Made by a program: the position numbers and the translations under genes
The notes under the pieces: generated by a model
What the model saw: only the letters and a program-made list of their open reading frames with translations
Told to the model about the DNA's origin: nothing
The model's database searches: none
Source: Pallidibacillus pasinlerensis
GTDB lineage: Bacteria > Bacillota > Bacilli > Bacillales > Caldibacillaceae
Assembly (NCBI RefSeq): GCF_009996845.1
Contig: NZ_JAACYS010000015.1
Coordinates: 24,474-48,473 of the forward strand
Reading direction: 5' to 3'
DNA: 24,000 nt
Part shown: positions 1-9,927 of the stretch, piece after piece
Numbering within the stretch: the first letter of the stretch is position 1
How the letters are laid out: each line of letters starts with the position of its first letter

Positions 1-797
1 AACTCAGTTCACTTGTTGGACTTGAGGAAGTAAAAAAAGTTATTAAAGAAATATATGCTTGGATTATTGTGAATAAAAAGCGTGAAGAAATGGGGTTAAA
101 AGCTGGAAAACAAGTTCTTCACATGATGTTTAAAGGAAATCCCGGAACCGGAAAAACTACCGTTGCTCGTTTAATCGGCAAACTTTTGCATAAAGTAAAT
201 GTATTATCTAAAGGACATTTACTAGAATGTGAAAGAGCGGATTTAGTTGGAGAATATATTGGTCATACTGCTCAAAAAACGAGGGATGTAATAAAAAAAG
301 CGATGGGCGGGATTCTTTTTATAGATGAAGCGTATTCGCTTGGTCGCGGTGGCGAAAAAGATTTTGGTAAAGAAGCGATTGATACCCTTGTAAAACATAT
401 GGAAGACAAACAAAACGACTTTGTATTAATACTCGCAGGATATTCACGAGAAATGGAACATTTTTTATCATTAAATCCAGGATTAGAATCCCGTTTTCCA
501 ATTATAATTGAATTTCCCGACTACTCTGTCGAACAATTAATGGAAATAGCTCGAAGGATGGTAAAGGACAGAGAATACATTTTAAGCACAGATGCTGAAC
601 GAAGACTAAAAGAGCATCTCGTACAAATAAAAGCAACAGTTTTTCAAAATCGTTTTTCAAACGGACGTTATATACGTAATATAATTGAGAAGTCTATTCG
701 GCAACAGGCGATGCGATTATTAATAAATAACCAATATGACAGAACTGATTTAATGACGATTCGTAGTCATGATCTCATCTTCTCGACGGACCGATAG
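1..797 (+). CDS. spoVK: Stage V sporulation protein K, AAA+ ATPase (5'-truncated by window edge)
   Basis: The open frame continues from base 3 (LSSLVGLEEVKKVIKEIYAW...) into the listed ORF. It has Walker A GNPGTGKT, Walker B GGILFIDEAYSL, and lies next to hflX/ynbB as in Bacillus. Confidence 0.9.
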   Translation, partial: LSSLVGLEEVKKVIKEIYAWIIVNKKREEMGLKAGKQVLHMMFKGNPGTGKTTVARLIGKLLHKVNVLSKGHLLECERADLVGEYIGHTAQKTRDVIKKAMGGILFIDEAYSLGRGGEKDFGKEAIDTLVKHMEDKQNDFVLILAGYSREMEHFLSLNPGLESRFPIIIEFPDYSVEQLMEIARRMVKDREYILSTDAERRLKEHLVQIKATVFQNRFSNGRYIRNIIEKSIRQQAMRLLINNQYDRTDLMTIRSHDLIFSTDR

Positions 798-835
798 CAA
801 ATAGGGAATTATTGGTATATAATAATATGGTATGG

Positions 836-867
836 AAACAATGCTCTAGTAGTGGAGCATTGTTTTT
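836..867 (+). terminator. Rho-independent terminator downstream of spoVK
   Basis: AAACAATGCTC-TAGTAGTG-GAGCATTGTTTTT: 11-bp inverted repeat running into a T tract. Confidence 0.85.
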
Positions 868-898
868 CGTTATTAATCTCCTAGAATAGGGTGATTCA

Positions 899-2176
899 AT
901 GTTAGGAAGAAAAGAGAATGTCATATTAGTTGGTTGCCAATTACCTCATATAGATGACGAAAGATTTCAGTATTCAATGGAAGAGCTGGCATCGTTAACC
1001 GATACAGCTAATGGAGAAGTAAAATTACAAGTTACTCAAAAACGAGAAAGGCCAGATAATTCTACATATATCGGTCGGGGAAAAGTGGAGGAGTTAAAAC
1101 CATTAATTGACGAATTAGAAATTGATGTCATCATTTTTAATAGTGAACTATCTCCGAGTCAAATGCGAAATTTAAATAATGAGTTAAAAGTTCGTATTAT
1201 CGACCGTACCCAATTAATACTTGATATTTTTGCCCAACGAGCAAAATCGAGAGAAGGTAAGTTACAAGTTGAACTAGCACAATTAGAGTATTTATTACCA
1301 AGACTAACCGGGATTGGTACGGAACTTTCGAGGCTCGGTGGAGGAATTGGAACACGAGGTCCTGGGGAAACACAACTTGAAACAGACCGAAGACATATTC
1401 GGAATCGAATTCAAGATATTAAAAATCAATTAGCTGTCGTCGTTGAACATCGAAATCGGTATCGTCAAAGACGGAAGCGAAATAAATCGTTTCAAGTCGC
1501 ATTAATCGGTTATACGAATGCAGGAAAATCAACATTGTTTAATCGTTTAACTGATGCAGAGTCCTATGAAGAAGATAAATTATTTGCCACGTTAGATCCA
1601 TTAACGAGACGCATGGTATTACCGAGTGGTTATAAAGTTTTACTGATTGATACGGTTGGTTTTATTGAGGACTTACCAACGACTTTAGTAGCGGCCTTCC
1701 GATCAACTTTAGAAGAGGTAAGTGAAGCGGATTTACTTTTACATGTCGTTGATAGCTCAAATCCCGATTACTATCAGCATGAACAAACCGTTAGTAAAAT
1801 TATGGATGAATTACATGCGGATAATATACCTATGTTAACTTTGTATAATAAAATTGATGCAAAACATCCTGATTTTATTCCGCTAGCCAAAGGTGAAGTA
1901 TTACAAATTAGTGCATTTAAAGAATCGGACAGGTTTTCGGTTAAACGTAAAATCGAAGAAATCATGTTAAAACATATGAATGAATACAATGTGGGATTAC
2001 CTTCATCAGAGGGTAAAACACTCTCTCAGTTAAAGGAAGAAACTATTTTACGTGAATTAAAATTTAACGAAGAGCAAGAAACGTACCAATGCAAAGGTTT
2101 TATCTTTGCTGATCACCCATTAAATGGAGAAATAAAAAAATTTACAAATGGAGATGGAAAACGCAGTGAGGAATGA
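899..2176 (+). CDS. hflX: Ribosome-associated GTPase HflX
   Basis: HflX N-domain motif ([12 protein letters not shown]), glycine-rich linker ([19 protein letters not shown]), G1 [10 protein letters not shown]3 DTVGF, G4 NKID. Confidence 0.95.
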   Translation: MLGRKENVILVGCQLPHIDDERFQYSMEELASLTDTANGEVKLQVTQKRERPDNSTYIGRGKVEELKPLIDELEIDVIIFNSELSPSQMRNLNNELKVRIIDRTQLILDIFAQRAKSREGKLQVELAQLEYLLPRLTGIGTELSRLGGGIGTRGPGETQLETDRRHIRNRIQDIKNQLAVVVEHRNRYRQRRKRNKSFQVALIGYTNAGKSTLFNRLTDAESYEEDKLFATLDPLTRRMVLPSGYKVLLIDTVGFIEDLPTTLVAAFRSTLEEVSEADLLLHVVDSSNPDYYQHEQTVSKIMDELHADNIPMLTLYNKIDAKHPDFIPLAKGEVLQISAFKESDRFSVKRKIEEIMLKHMNEYNVGLPSSEGKTLSQLKEETILRELKFNEEQETYQCKGFIFADHPLNGEIKKFTNGDGKRSEE

Positions 2177-3437
2177 CTTAAAGAACGGAAACGTATTAAA
2201 CCCAATCATTAAAGAAGTAGAAAAACAAATTCGTCCCATTCATGACAAAATTGATGAAATTGTAGAAGCAAATCAATATAAAGTTTTAAAAAGTTTTCAA
2301 AACAACAGTGTAAGTGATTCTCATTTTCATCCTTCAACCGGATATGGTTACGATGATCTTGGCCGTGATACGCTAGAAAAGGTGTATGCCGATTATTTCG
2401 GAACTGAAGCAGGACTTGTCCGTCCGCAAATTATTTCTGGAACCCATGCAATTTCGACGTGTTTATTCGGAGTTCTTCGTCCCGGTGACGAATTACTATA
2501 TATTACTGGAAGTCCATATGACACATTAGAAGAAGTTGTTGGTGCACGTGGCAATGGTGCCGGTAGTTTGAAAGACTTTAATATTAGCTATGATGTTGTC
2601 CCGCTTAAAAATGATGGGAAACCCGATTACGATGCCATCGGTAAAGCAATCAAATCAAACACAAAAATGATTGGTATACAAAGATCAAAAGGTTATGCGA
2701 ATCGTCCATCCTTTACGGTAGATGAAATTGCAGAAATGGTTCGTTTTGTAAAAGAAATAAAAGAAGAGGTTGTTGTTTTTGTTGATAATTGTTACGGTGA
2801 ATTTGTTGAGTTACAAGAACCGACCCATGTTGGCGTTGATTTAATGGCCGGCTCATTAATTAAAAACCCAGGAGCTGGTTTAGTGAAAACCGGGGGCTAT
2901 ATTGTAGGTAAACAAGAGTTAGTTGATATGTGTGCAAACCGATTAACTGCACCAGGTCTTGGGGCGGAAGCAGGCGCATCATTATATAGTCTTTTAGAAA
3001 TGTATCAAGGCTTCTTCCTAGCTCCACATGTTGTAGGTCAAGCATTAAAAGGAGCTGTATTTACAGCAGCTATGTTAGAACGATTAGGACTAAATACAAA
3101 TCCATCTTGGGATGCGAAAAGAACCGATTTAATCCAATCTGTTCAATTTGATGATCGGGAACGAATGATTGCATTCTGTGAAGCAATTCAATATGCATCT
3201 CCAGTTAACTCACAATTTACTCCTTATCCAAGTGAAATGCCAGGATACGACGATGAAGTCATTATGGCAGCTGGAACATTTATTCAAGGTTCAAGTATCG
3301 AATTATCAGCTGATGGACCAATTCGCCCACCTTATGTAGCATACGTTCAAGGTGGATTGACTTATGAACATGTTAAAATTGCCATTTGCTCAGCATTAGA
3401 TCACATAATGGAAAAAGGATTATTACAAATTTCATAA
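2148..3437 (+). CDS. ynbB: YnbB-like PLP-dependent protein (methionine gamma-lyase / aluminium-resistance family); exact start uncertain, overlaps hflX end
   Basis: [24 protein letters not shown], a candidate PLP lysine in SLIKNPGAG, and GLGAEAGAS motifs; located directly after hflX. Confidence 0.85.
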   Translation: MEMENAVRNDLKNGNVLNPIIKEVEKQIRPIHDKIDEIVEANQYKVLKSFQNNSVSDSHFHPSTGYGYDDLGRDTLEKVYADYFGTEAGLVRPQIISGTHAISTCLFGVLRPGDELLYITGSPYDTLEEVVGARGNGAGSLKDFNISYDVVPLKNDGKPDYDAIGKAIKSNTKMIGIQRSKGYANRPSFTVDEIAEMVRFVKEIKEEVVVFVDNCYGEFVELQEPTHVGVDLMAGSLIKNPGAGLVKTGGYIVGKQELVDMCANRLTAPGLGAEAGASLYSLLEMYQGFFLAPHVVGQALKGAVFTAAMLERLGLNTNPSWDAKRTDLIQSVQFDDRERMIAFCEAIQYASPVNSQFTPYPSEMPGYDDEVIMAAGTFIQGSSIELSADGPIRPPYVAYVQGGLTYEHVKIAICSALDHIMEKGLLQIS

Positions 3438-3447
3438 ATACATTCAT

Positions 3448-3474
3448 TTGGGCTGTCATGTACAGCCCAACTTT
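3448..3474 (+). terminator. Probable terminator after ynbB
   Basis: TTGGGCTGT-CATGT-ACAGCCCAA followed by CTTTT; perfect 9-bp stem, 5-nt loop, short T tract. Confidence 0.65.
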
Positions 3475-3492
3475 TGTATGAGGAGGATTAAG

Positions 3493-3827
3493 GTGGAAAA
3501 GATTCAATTCATAAGGGACCTTTTTGAGTCTAACCGAAATATAGATAACCAAATCCCAATGGAAAAGTATATGTGAAATCAATTTCCCTTTTTAGGTATA
3601 AAATCACCCGAAAGGAGACAATTGATGAGGACTTTTTTGCTGAGACAAATGTTTTAAAAGAAGCATTTCAACCTAATTTCGTGCGTGACTTATGGAATTT
3701 GCCTGAAAGAGAATTTCAATATGCGGCTTTAGATTATATTGAAAGATCACTTAAAATAACCGAAAATTATTTTTCAAAGCAATTAAAAAAAGTTCTCCAA
3801 CATTCAAATCTGTTATTGACAATATAA
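3493..3827 (+). pseudogene. Degraded DNA alkylation repair protein (AlkD/HEAT-like glycosylase family) fragment
   Basis: GTG 3493 with AGGAGG upstream reads VEKIQFIRDLFESNRNIDNQIPMEKYM*NQFPFLGIKSPERRQLMRTF. It then needs a frame change at the T6 run (3633-3638) to continue FAETNVLKEAFQPNFVRDLWNLPEREFQYAALDYIERS, and it stops at 3827 without the C-terminal half. The whole reads like the N-terminus of alkylation-repair HEAT proteins. Confidence 0.75.
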
Positions 3828-3955
3828 ATAATGATGAAATATAATTACTCCATGATTTTTTTGAGAGAATATTTAACTACTATGTACACTTACTTTATGA
3901 ACATATTAGTTAAATGTTTTTTCACCCAAACTCGTAAAAAATTGGAGGACATTGA

Positions 3956-5290
3956 ATGGGAAAATATACAAAGGATGACATTTTACGTTTAGCAAAAGAG
4001 CAAGAGGTTTCATTTATTCGTTTACAGTTTACCGATATTCTCGGAACAATTAAAAACGTAGAAATTCCCTTCAATCAATTACCGAAAGCATTAGATAATA
4101 AAATGATGTTTGATGGTTCTTCCATTGAAGGATTTGTTCGGATTGAAGAAAGTGATATGTATTTATATCCAGATTTAGATACGTGGGTGATTTTTCCGTG
4201 GACAGCGGGTCGTGGAAAGGTTGCACGGTTAATTTGTGATATATATAACGCAGATGGTACCCCTTTTGCGGGTGATCCGAGAAACAATTTGAAAAGAGTA
4301 TTAAAAGAAATGGAAGAGATGGGGTTTACTCATTTTAATTTAGGTCCAGAACCGGAATTTTTCTTATTTAAATTAGATGAATATGGTGAACCGACATTAG
4401 AATTGAATGACCATGGTGGTTATTTTGATCTTGCACCAACAGATTTAGGTGAAAATTGCCGTAAAGAAATTGTAGTTGAATTGGAAGAAATGGGTTTTGA
4501 AATTGAAGCATCTCACCATGAAGGTGCCCCTGGGCAACACGAAATTGATTTTAAGTATGCTGATGCGATATCAGCTTGTGACAATATCCAAACATTTAAA
4601 TTAGTAGTTAAAACAATTGCCAGAGACTTCGGATTACATGCTACCTTTATGCCGAAACCATTATACGGAATTAGTGGTTCAGGAATGCATTTTAATTTAT
4701 CTTTATTTAAAGGTAATGAAAATGTATTTTATGACCCGGATGGTGAGTTACAACTAAGTGATTTAGCTTATCAATTCATGGCAGGTATTATTAAACATGC
4801 GCCAGGATATACAGCCATTACAAACCCGATTGTCAATTCATATAAACGGTTAGTTCCAGGATATGAAGCGCCAGTTTATGTTGCTTGGTCAGCAAAAAAC
4901 CGTAGTCCCCTTGTTCGTATACCTACGTCAAGAGGACCTAGTACACGAGTTGAGTTACGAAGTGTTGACCCTTCAGCAAATCCTTATTTAGCTATGGCAG
5001 TATTACTTAAGGCGGGATTAGAAGGTATTAAAAATAAATTAACACCGCCTGCTCCAGTTAATCGAAATATTTATGAAATGACAAAAGAAGAACGGAAAGA
5101 AGCCGGTATTATTAGTCTTCCAGATACACTTCATTTCGCTTTGGAAGAATTACGTAAAGATGAAATTATTAAGGAAGCGTTAGGAGAACATATTTATACA
5201 AATTTTGTCGAAGCAAAAGAAATTGAATGGAATATTTTCCGTTCCTATGTTACTAACTGGGAACGAGAACATTATTTGAAACTATATTAG
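3956..5290 (+). CDS. glnA: Type I glutamine synthetase
   Basis: 444 aa; [50 protein letters not shown]-type and [10 protein letters not shown] motifs; RBS TTGGAGG. Confidence 0.97.
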   Translation: MGKYTKDDILRLAKEQEVSFIRLQFTDILGTIKNVEIPFNQLPKALDNKMMFDGSSIEGFVRIEESDMYLYPDLDTWVIFPWTAGRGKVARLICDIYNADGTPFAGDPRNNLKRVLKEMEEMGFTHFNLGPEPEFFLFKLDEYGEPTLELNDHGGYFDLAPTDLGENCRKEIVVELEEMGFEIEASHHEGAPGQHEIDFKYADAISACDNIQTFKLVVKTIARDFGLHATFMPKPLYGISGSGMHFNLSLFKGNENVFYDPDGELQLSDLAYQFMAGIIKHAPGYTAITNPIVNSYKRLVPGYEAPVYVAWSAKNRSPLVRIPTSRGPSTRVELRSVDPSANPYLAMAVLLKAGLEGIKNKLTPPAPVNRNIYEMTKEERKEAGIISLPDTLHFALEELRKDEIIKEALGEHIYTNFVEAKEIEWNIFRSYVTNWEREHYLKLY

Positions 5291-5426
5291 TATTTAGGTA
5301 ATACGTACTTGATAAAAATGCTTTTGATTGTATAAATGCAGTAATTATTTCACTATTAAAATAAATACAATGTATATTAATTGTTATTCTTTAAACGCTA
5401 TGTTATATTAAGATAAATTAAATAAA

Positions 5427-5576
5427 GGAATCCTTCGGGGCAGGGTGAAATTCCCGACCGACGGTGATGAGGGTGTAAATACTCTCTAAGTCCGTGACCC
5501 ATTTTCCTTTTTTAGGAAAATGGCTGATTTGGTGAAATTCCAAAACCGACAGTTAAAGTCTGGATGGGAGAAGGAT
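5427..5576 (+). ncRNA. FMN riboswitch (RFN element) aptamer
   Basis: Canonical conserved blocks in order: ATCCTTCGGGGCAGGGTGAAATTCCCGACCG-ACGGTGAT...AGTCCGTGACCC...TGGCTGATTTGGTGAAATTCCAAAACCGACAGTTAAAGTCTGGATGGGAGAAGGAT; upstream of rib genes. Confidence 0.97.
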
Positions 5577-5628
5577 ATCATATAAACGTTTAAAATTCTT
5601 TTTTAAAACGTTTATTTGACATACCATT

Positions 5629-5664
5629 AAAGCCCCATACTTACTTTGTATGGGGCTTTGTTTG
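5629..5664 (+). terminator. Intrinsic terminator hairpin in the riboswitch leader (likely expression platform)
   Basis: AAAGCCCCATAC-TTACTTT-GTATGGGGCTTT followed by GTTTG; 12-bp GC-rich stem between the aptamer and the first rib gene. Confidence 0.8.
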
Positions 5665-5821
5665 TCATATAAAAGAATTATATTTCCTTTTCCATGATTC
5701 TTTGTTACCTCTTTTTATCAAACTATTCATATTTTTCAACCCTCCAAGCCCTACGCTTTTAGGATTCCCTTTATATTTAATTGTATTTTTTAAACTTTAT
5801 GAAGAGGAGGATGGTGTATAT

Positions 5822-6469
5822 TTGTTTACCGGTTTAGTTGAAGAAATAGGGACAATCAACAACATTCATCAAAACGGACAGACTTTAGTAATTGCTATTA
5901 AAGCTAACAAAATATTATCTGATATACAATTAGGCGACAGTATTGCCGTTAACGGTGTTTGTCTTACAGTGACAAACTTTTCTAAAAATCATTTCGAAGT
6001 AGATGTCATGCCTGAAACATTTAATGATACTACATTAAGATTTTTAAAAGTAGGTTCTAAAGTAAATTTGGAACGTGCATTAGCTGCAAATGGTCGTTTT
6101 GGGGGTCATTTTGTCACCGGACATACTGATGGAATCGGATTAATAAGGAAACGAAGCTATTTTGAAAATGCTATTTTAATAGAAATCGAAATACCAGAGG
6201 AGTTTAATCATCTTGTAATAGAAAAAGGTTCAATTGCTATTGATGGCACCTCCTTGACAATATTTAAATCGAGTCAAAACACGATTACAATTTCACTTAT
6301 TCCGCACACTGCTAAAGCATCTATTCTTGGTTCTAAGAGAGAAGGAGAAAAGGTAAATTTAGAATTTGATATGATGGCAAAATATTTCTATTCTTTCATG
6401 CAAAATAAAAGTCAAACAACAAAGTCAAAAGGTATTGCAATTGAATTTCTAAAAGAAAATGGATTTTAA
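5822..6469 (+). CDS. ribE: Riboflavin synthase alpha subunit (TTG start preferred over the ORF-track start at 5702)
   Basis: The conserved N-terminus MFTGLVEEIG begins at TTG 5822 with GAGGAGG at 5804-5810. Internal repeat motifs GDSIAVNGVCLT / GSIAIDGTSLT; GGHFVTGHTDG. Confidence 0.93.
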   Translation: MFTGLVEEIGTINNIHQNGQTLVIAIKANKILSDIQLGDSIAVNGVCLTVTNFSKNHFEVDVMPETFNDTTLRFLKVGSKVNLERALAANGRFGGHFVTGHTDGIGLIRKRSYFENAILIEIEIPEEFNHLVIEKGSIAIDGTSLTIFKSSQNTITISLIPHTAKASILGSKREGEKVNLEFDMMAKYFYSFMQNKSQTTKSKGIAIEFLKENGF

Positions 6470-6510
6470 TAAATGCCTTAATTGTTTAAAAAAGGAGTGA
6501 AATAAATCCA

Positions 6511-7125
6511 ATGTTTAATTCGATAGAGGAAGCTCTGGTGGATTTAAAACAAGGAAAAATTATCATTGTAGTAGATGATGAAGATCGTGAAAATGAGGGT
6601 GACTTTTTAGCACTTGCTGATTTAGCTACGCCAGAGACCATAAATTTTATGGCAAAAGAAGGTAGAGGATTAATTTGCACACCGATTACCGAAGAAATTG
6701 CCAATCGATTAGATTTACATCCTATGGTAGAAAATAACACGGATGCTAAACAAACAGCTTTTACTGTTTCTATTGACCATAAAGAAACTACAACTGGCAT
6801 TAGTGCATTTGAACGCTACTATACAATTTCAAAAATTGTTGATTCAAAAAGTAAAGCTCAAGACTTTAATAGACCAGGGCATGTGTTTCCTTTAATCGCA
6901 AAAAATGGAGGAGTATTAAGTCGTCCTGGTCATACAGAAGCTGCAATTGATTTTGCTAGATTAGTCGGAGTAAACCCGGTTGCAATTATTTGTGAAATTA
7001 TGAATGATGATGGAACAATGGCACGTTTAGAAAATCTTGTACAAATTACTCAGCGATTTGAATGCAAATTAGTATCAATTGAACAATTACAAGAATACTT
7101 ACTGGGACAGCAAGTTAGTATATAA
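6511..7125 (+). CDS. ribB: 3,4-dihydroxy-2-butanone 4-phosphate synthase (RibB domain only; no GTP cyclohydrolase II domain)
   Basis: [42 protein letters not shown]; the protein ends at 204 aa where a RibBA fusion would continue. Confidence 0.93.
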   Translation: MFNSIEEALVDLKQGKIIIVVDDEDRENEGDFLALADLATPETINFMAKEGRGLICTPITEEIANRLDLHPMVENNTDAKQTAFTVSIDHKETTTGISAFERYYTISKIVDSKSKAQDFNRPGHVFPLIAKNGGVLSRPGHTEAAIDFARLVGVNPVAIICEIMNDDGTMARLENLVQITQRFECKLVSIEQLQEYLLGQQVSI

Positions 7126-7191
7126 GAGAATTAGACAACTTGTTGTGCTATTTTTAGTTTAATATAAAGAATGATATGAGGAGAGATTGAA

Positions 7192-7662
7192 ATGAAAAAA
7201 GTATTTGAAGGTAAATTAATAGGTACAGGACTTAAATTTGCTATTGTCGTTTCCCGATTTAATGAATTTATTAATGGACGTTTGTTAACAGGTGCAGAAG
7301 ATGGTTTAAAAAGACATGGTGTGGATGATGAAAATGTAGAAATATTTTGGGTACCAGGTGCATTTGAAATTCCTTTAACTGCACAAAAATTAGCTGAGAC
7401 TAGAAAATATGATGCTGTTATTACACTCGGAACGGTAATCAGGGGTGCAACACCACATTTTGATTATGTAAGTAATGAAGTTGCAAAGGGTGTGGCAGCT
7501 GCAAGTATGGAGACTGGTGTGCCAATAATTTTCGGTGTTTTAACTACAGATACAATTGAACAAGCAATTGAACGTGCAGGTACAAAAGCTGGTAATAAAG
7601 GATATGATGCAGCTGTATCAGCTATTGAACTTGCAAATTTATATAAAGAAATCGCGAATTAA
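7192..7662 (+). CDS. ribH: 6,7-dimethyl-8-ribityllumazine synthase
   Basis: [57 protein letters not shown]. Confidence 0.96.
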   Translation: MKKVFEGKLIGTGLKFAIVVSRFNEFINGRLLTGAEDGLKRHGVDDENVEIFWVPGAFEIPLTAQKLAETRKYDAVITLGTVIRGATPHFDYVSNEVAKGVAAASMETGVPIIFGVLTTDTIEQAIERAGTKAGNKGYDAAVSAIELANLYKEIAN

Positions 7663-7696
7663 CAGTTAAAATAGTTTAATATTTGAGCTTCTATAT

Positions 7697-7735
7697 AAAA
7701 ATCCTTAGCTGCGAAATAGCAGTTAAGGACTTTTT
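7697..7735. terminator. Bidirectional terminator between convergent ribH and lexA
   Basis: AAAAATCCTTA...TAAGGACTTTTT: stem flanked by an A tract on one side and a T tract on the other, between convergent genes. Confidence 0.75.
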
Positions 7736-7747
7736 AGTTAAAATTAT

Positions 7748-8368
7748 TTAATAAATGTGGCGATAAACTCCAATTACTTTACCTAATATTTTTACATTCT
7801 CTACAATAATCGGTGCCATTGTTGAATTTTCTGGCTGTAAGCGAATATAATTCTTTTCTTTATAAAAACGTTTAACCGTTGCCTCATAATCTTCAGTCAT
7901 GGCAACAACAATATCTCCATTTTCAGCTGTGTTTTGTTGACGAACAACTACATAGTCCCCATCTAATATCCCAGCTTCAATCATACTATCACCCATAATT
8001 TCAAGCATGAAAACTTGATCGCCAGCTGGTGCCATTTTTTCCGGTAAAGGAAAATAATCTTCAATATTTTCAACAGCTGTAATTGGTTGTCCTGCAGTAA
8101 CACGTCCAACAATTGGAATGTTACGAACGGGTACTTCAGGTTCTTCAAATTCTTTTCCATCTAATATTTCAATCGCTCTCGGTTTTGTTGGATCTCTCCG
8201 TATTATCCCTTTACTTTCTAAACGAGCTAAATGACCATGAACAGTCGAACTAGATGATAAACCGACAGCTTGACCAATTTCACGAACAGATGGCGGATAA
8301 CCTTTTTCACGTACTTCTTGTTTAATAAAATCTAGTATTTCTTGTTGACGTTTTGATAGTTTGGTCAT
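7748..8368 (-). CDS. lexA: SOS transcriptional repressor LexA (start corrected to 8368)
   Basis: [47 protein letters not shown]...[11 protein letters not shown]...[22 protein letters not shown] (catalytic Ser) ...[13 protein letters not shown] (catalytic Lys). The 59 aa upstream in the ORF track overlap the LexA-box region and are not LexA-like. Confidence 0.97.
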   Translation of the reverse strand: MTKLSKRQQEILDFIKQEVREKGYPPSVREIGQAVGLSSSSTVHGHLARLESKGIIRRDPTKPRAIEILDGKEFEEPEVPVRNIPIVGRVTAGQPITAVENIEDYFPLPEKMAPAGDQVFMLEIMGDSMIEAGILDGDYVVVRQQNTAENGDIVVAMTEDYEATVKRFYKEKNYIRLQPENSTMAPIIVENVKILGKVIGVYRHIY

Positions 8369-8425
8369 AATTTCCACCTCACAAACATATTTTTTAATAG
8401 TATACCATGACGGACAGGTGTTTGA

Positions 8426-8439
8426 CAAACGTAAGTTCG
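8426..8439. promoter_or_regulatory. LexA (DinR) box 1
   Basis: CAAACGTAAGTTCG, one mismatch to CGAAC-N4-GTTCG. Confidence 0.8.
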
Positions 8440-8448
8440 TTAAATAAT

Positions 8449-8462
8449 CGAACAGATTTTCG
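8449..8462. promoter_or_regulatory. LexA box-like site 2
   Basis: CGAACAGATTTTCG, one mismatch to CGAAC-N4-GTTCG. Confidence 0.5.
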
Positions 8463-8477
8463 TAAAAACAGTTGACA

Positions 8478-8491
8478 CAAATGTATGTTCG
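8478..8491. promoter_or_regulatory. LexA box 3
   Basis: CAAATGTATGTTCG, two mismatches in the left half-site, perfect right half-site. Confidence 0.7.
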
Positions 8492-8515
8492 TATTATAAT
8501 TAATTTAACAAAACA

Positions 8516-8529
8516 CGAACAAATATTCG
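8516..8529. promoter_or_regulatory. LexA box 4
   Basis: CGAACAAATATTCG, one mismatch to CGAAC-N4-GTTCG. Confidence 0.8.
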
Positions 8530-8543
8530 ATGGGGTGAGGAAC

Positions 8544-8729
8544 ATGATTTTACAAAGATTATGGAAAAATTATTGTTATGTTATTCTATTAATAGTAATT
8601 TCAATTGCATTTAGTTTCGTTTATGTGTTTACAATGACAGATTCTAGTAATATAGAACAAGAAAATCAAAATAATGATAGTTATCAACAAGTAGAATATG
8701 CAATTGAATGGAATGAACATAGTAATTAA
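8544..8729 (+). CDS. yneA: YneA-like SOS-induced cell division suppressor, short form without a LysM domain
   Basis: ATG 8544 with GGGGTGAGG upstream. The 61-aa product has a short N-terminus and one transmembrane helix ([22 protein letters not shown]). Divergent from lexA, LexA boxes upstream, yneB downstream. Confidence 0.7.
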   Translation: MILQRLWKNYCYVILLIVISIAFSFVYVFTMTDSSNIEQENQNNDSYQQVEYAIEWNEHSN

Positions 8730-8748
8730 TTTCATAGAAAATGGGTAA

Positions 8749-9414
<666 letters not shown>

Positions 9415-9527
9415 TGATGCTCTTTTTTATTGCTTCTAGTGAAAAAATCTTATACGATATACTAGGTGTATTTTTGTACTTAAAAATAACGATTTCCTAT
9501 AAATATAAATGAAAGAGGTATTTAGAT

Positions 9528-9761
9528 ATGATTTCTAAGGAAAAATTAGCAAGAATTAATGAATTAGCAGCAAAAAAGAAAAGAGAAGGTCTAACTGAAG
9601 AAGAAGCAAAAGAACAGTCTCGGTTACGTAGTGAATATTTACAAAATGTTCGACAACAAGTATTAAATACAATTGAAAATGTAACAATCGTCGATACAAA
9701 AGGTAATGATGTTACACCTGAAAAAATCAAACAAATAAAATTGCGTAAAAAGAACCACTGA
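9528..9761 (+). CDS. ynzC: DUF896 family protein YnzC
   Basis: 77 aa; RINELAAKKKREGLTEEEAKEQSRLRSEYL...IENVTIVDTKGNDVTP. Confidence 0.92.
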   Translation: MISKEKLARINELAAKKKREGLTEEEAKEQSRLRSEYLQNVRQQVLNTIENVTIVDTKGNDVTPEKIKQIKLRKKNH

Positions 9762-9819
9762 ACGGTAAACGTATAATAATTATACTTCATTTAAACTCCA
9801 GTTTTATAGCAAAGTACTG

Positions 9820-9829
9820 TTTCGACAAA
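9820..9829 (-). promoter_or_regulatory. Spo0A box upstream of sirA
   Basis: TTTCGACAAA; the complement reads TTTGTCGAAA, containing the core 0A box TGTCGAA. Confidence 0.65.
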
Positions 9830-9927
9830 GATAGACCTTATTTTCACAATAATATGACATAAATTTTAACCCTTTTCATATACAATATAAAGAATAATAG
9901 GAAATATGAGTAAATTGAGAAGGGGTT

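Noticed and set aside
3880-3955. AACAT-N9-ATGTT dyad upstream of glnA as a GlnR/TnrA site
   Set aside because: Spacing and sequence do not match TGTNA-N7-TNACA; the arms are short and AT-rich.
5702-5821. N-terminal extension (MLLPLFIKLFIFFNPPSP...) of riboflavin synthase as a signal or membrane segment
   Set aside because: It is upstream of the conserved MFTGLVEEIG start and its RBS; untranslated leader sequence is more likely.
7748-8545. Long LexA ORF starting at 8545
   Set aside because: The extra N-terminal 59 aa cover the divergent promoter and LexA boxes and are not LexA-like. The true start is 8368.
8472-8729. 85-aa version of the YneA-like ORF
   Set aside because: The extra 24 residues overlap LexA boxes; ATG 8544 has a proper RBS.
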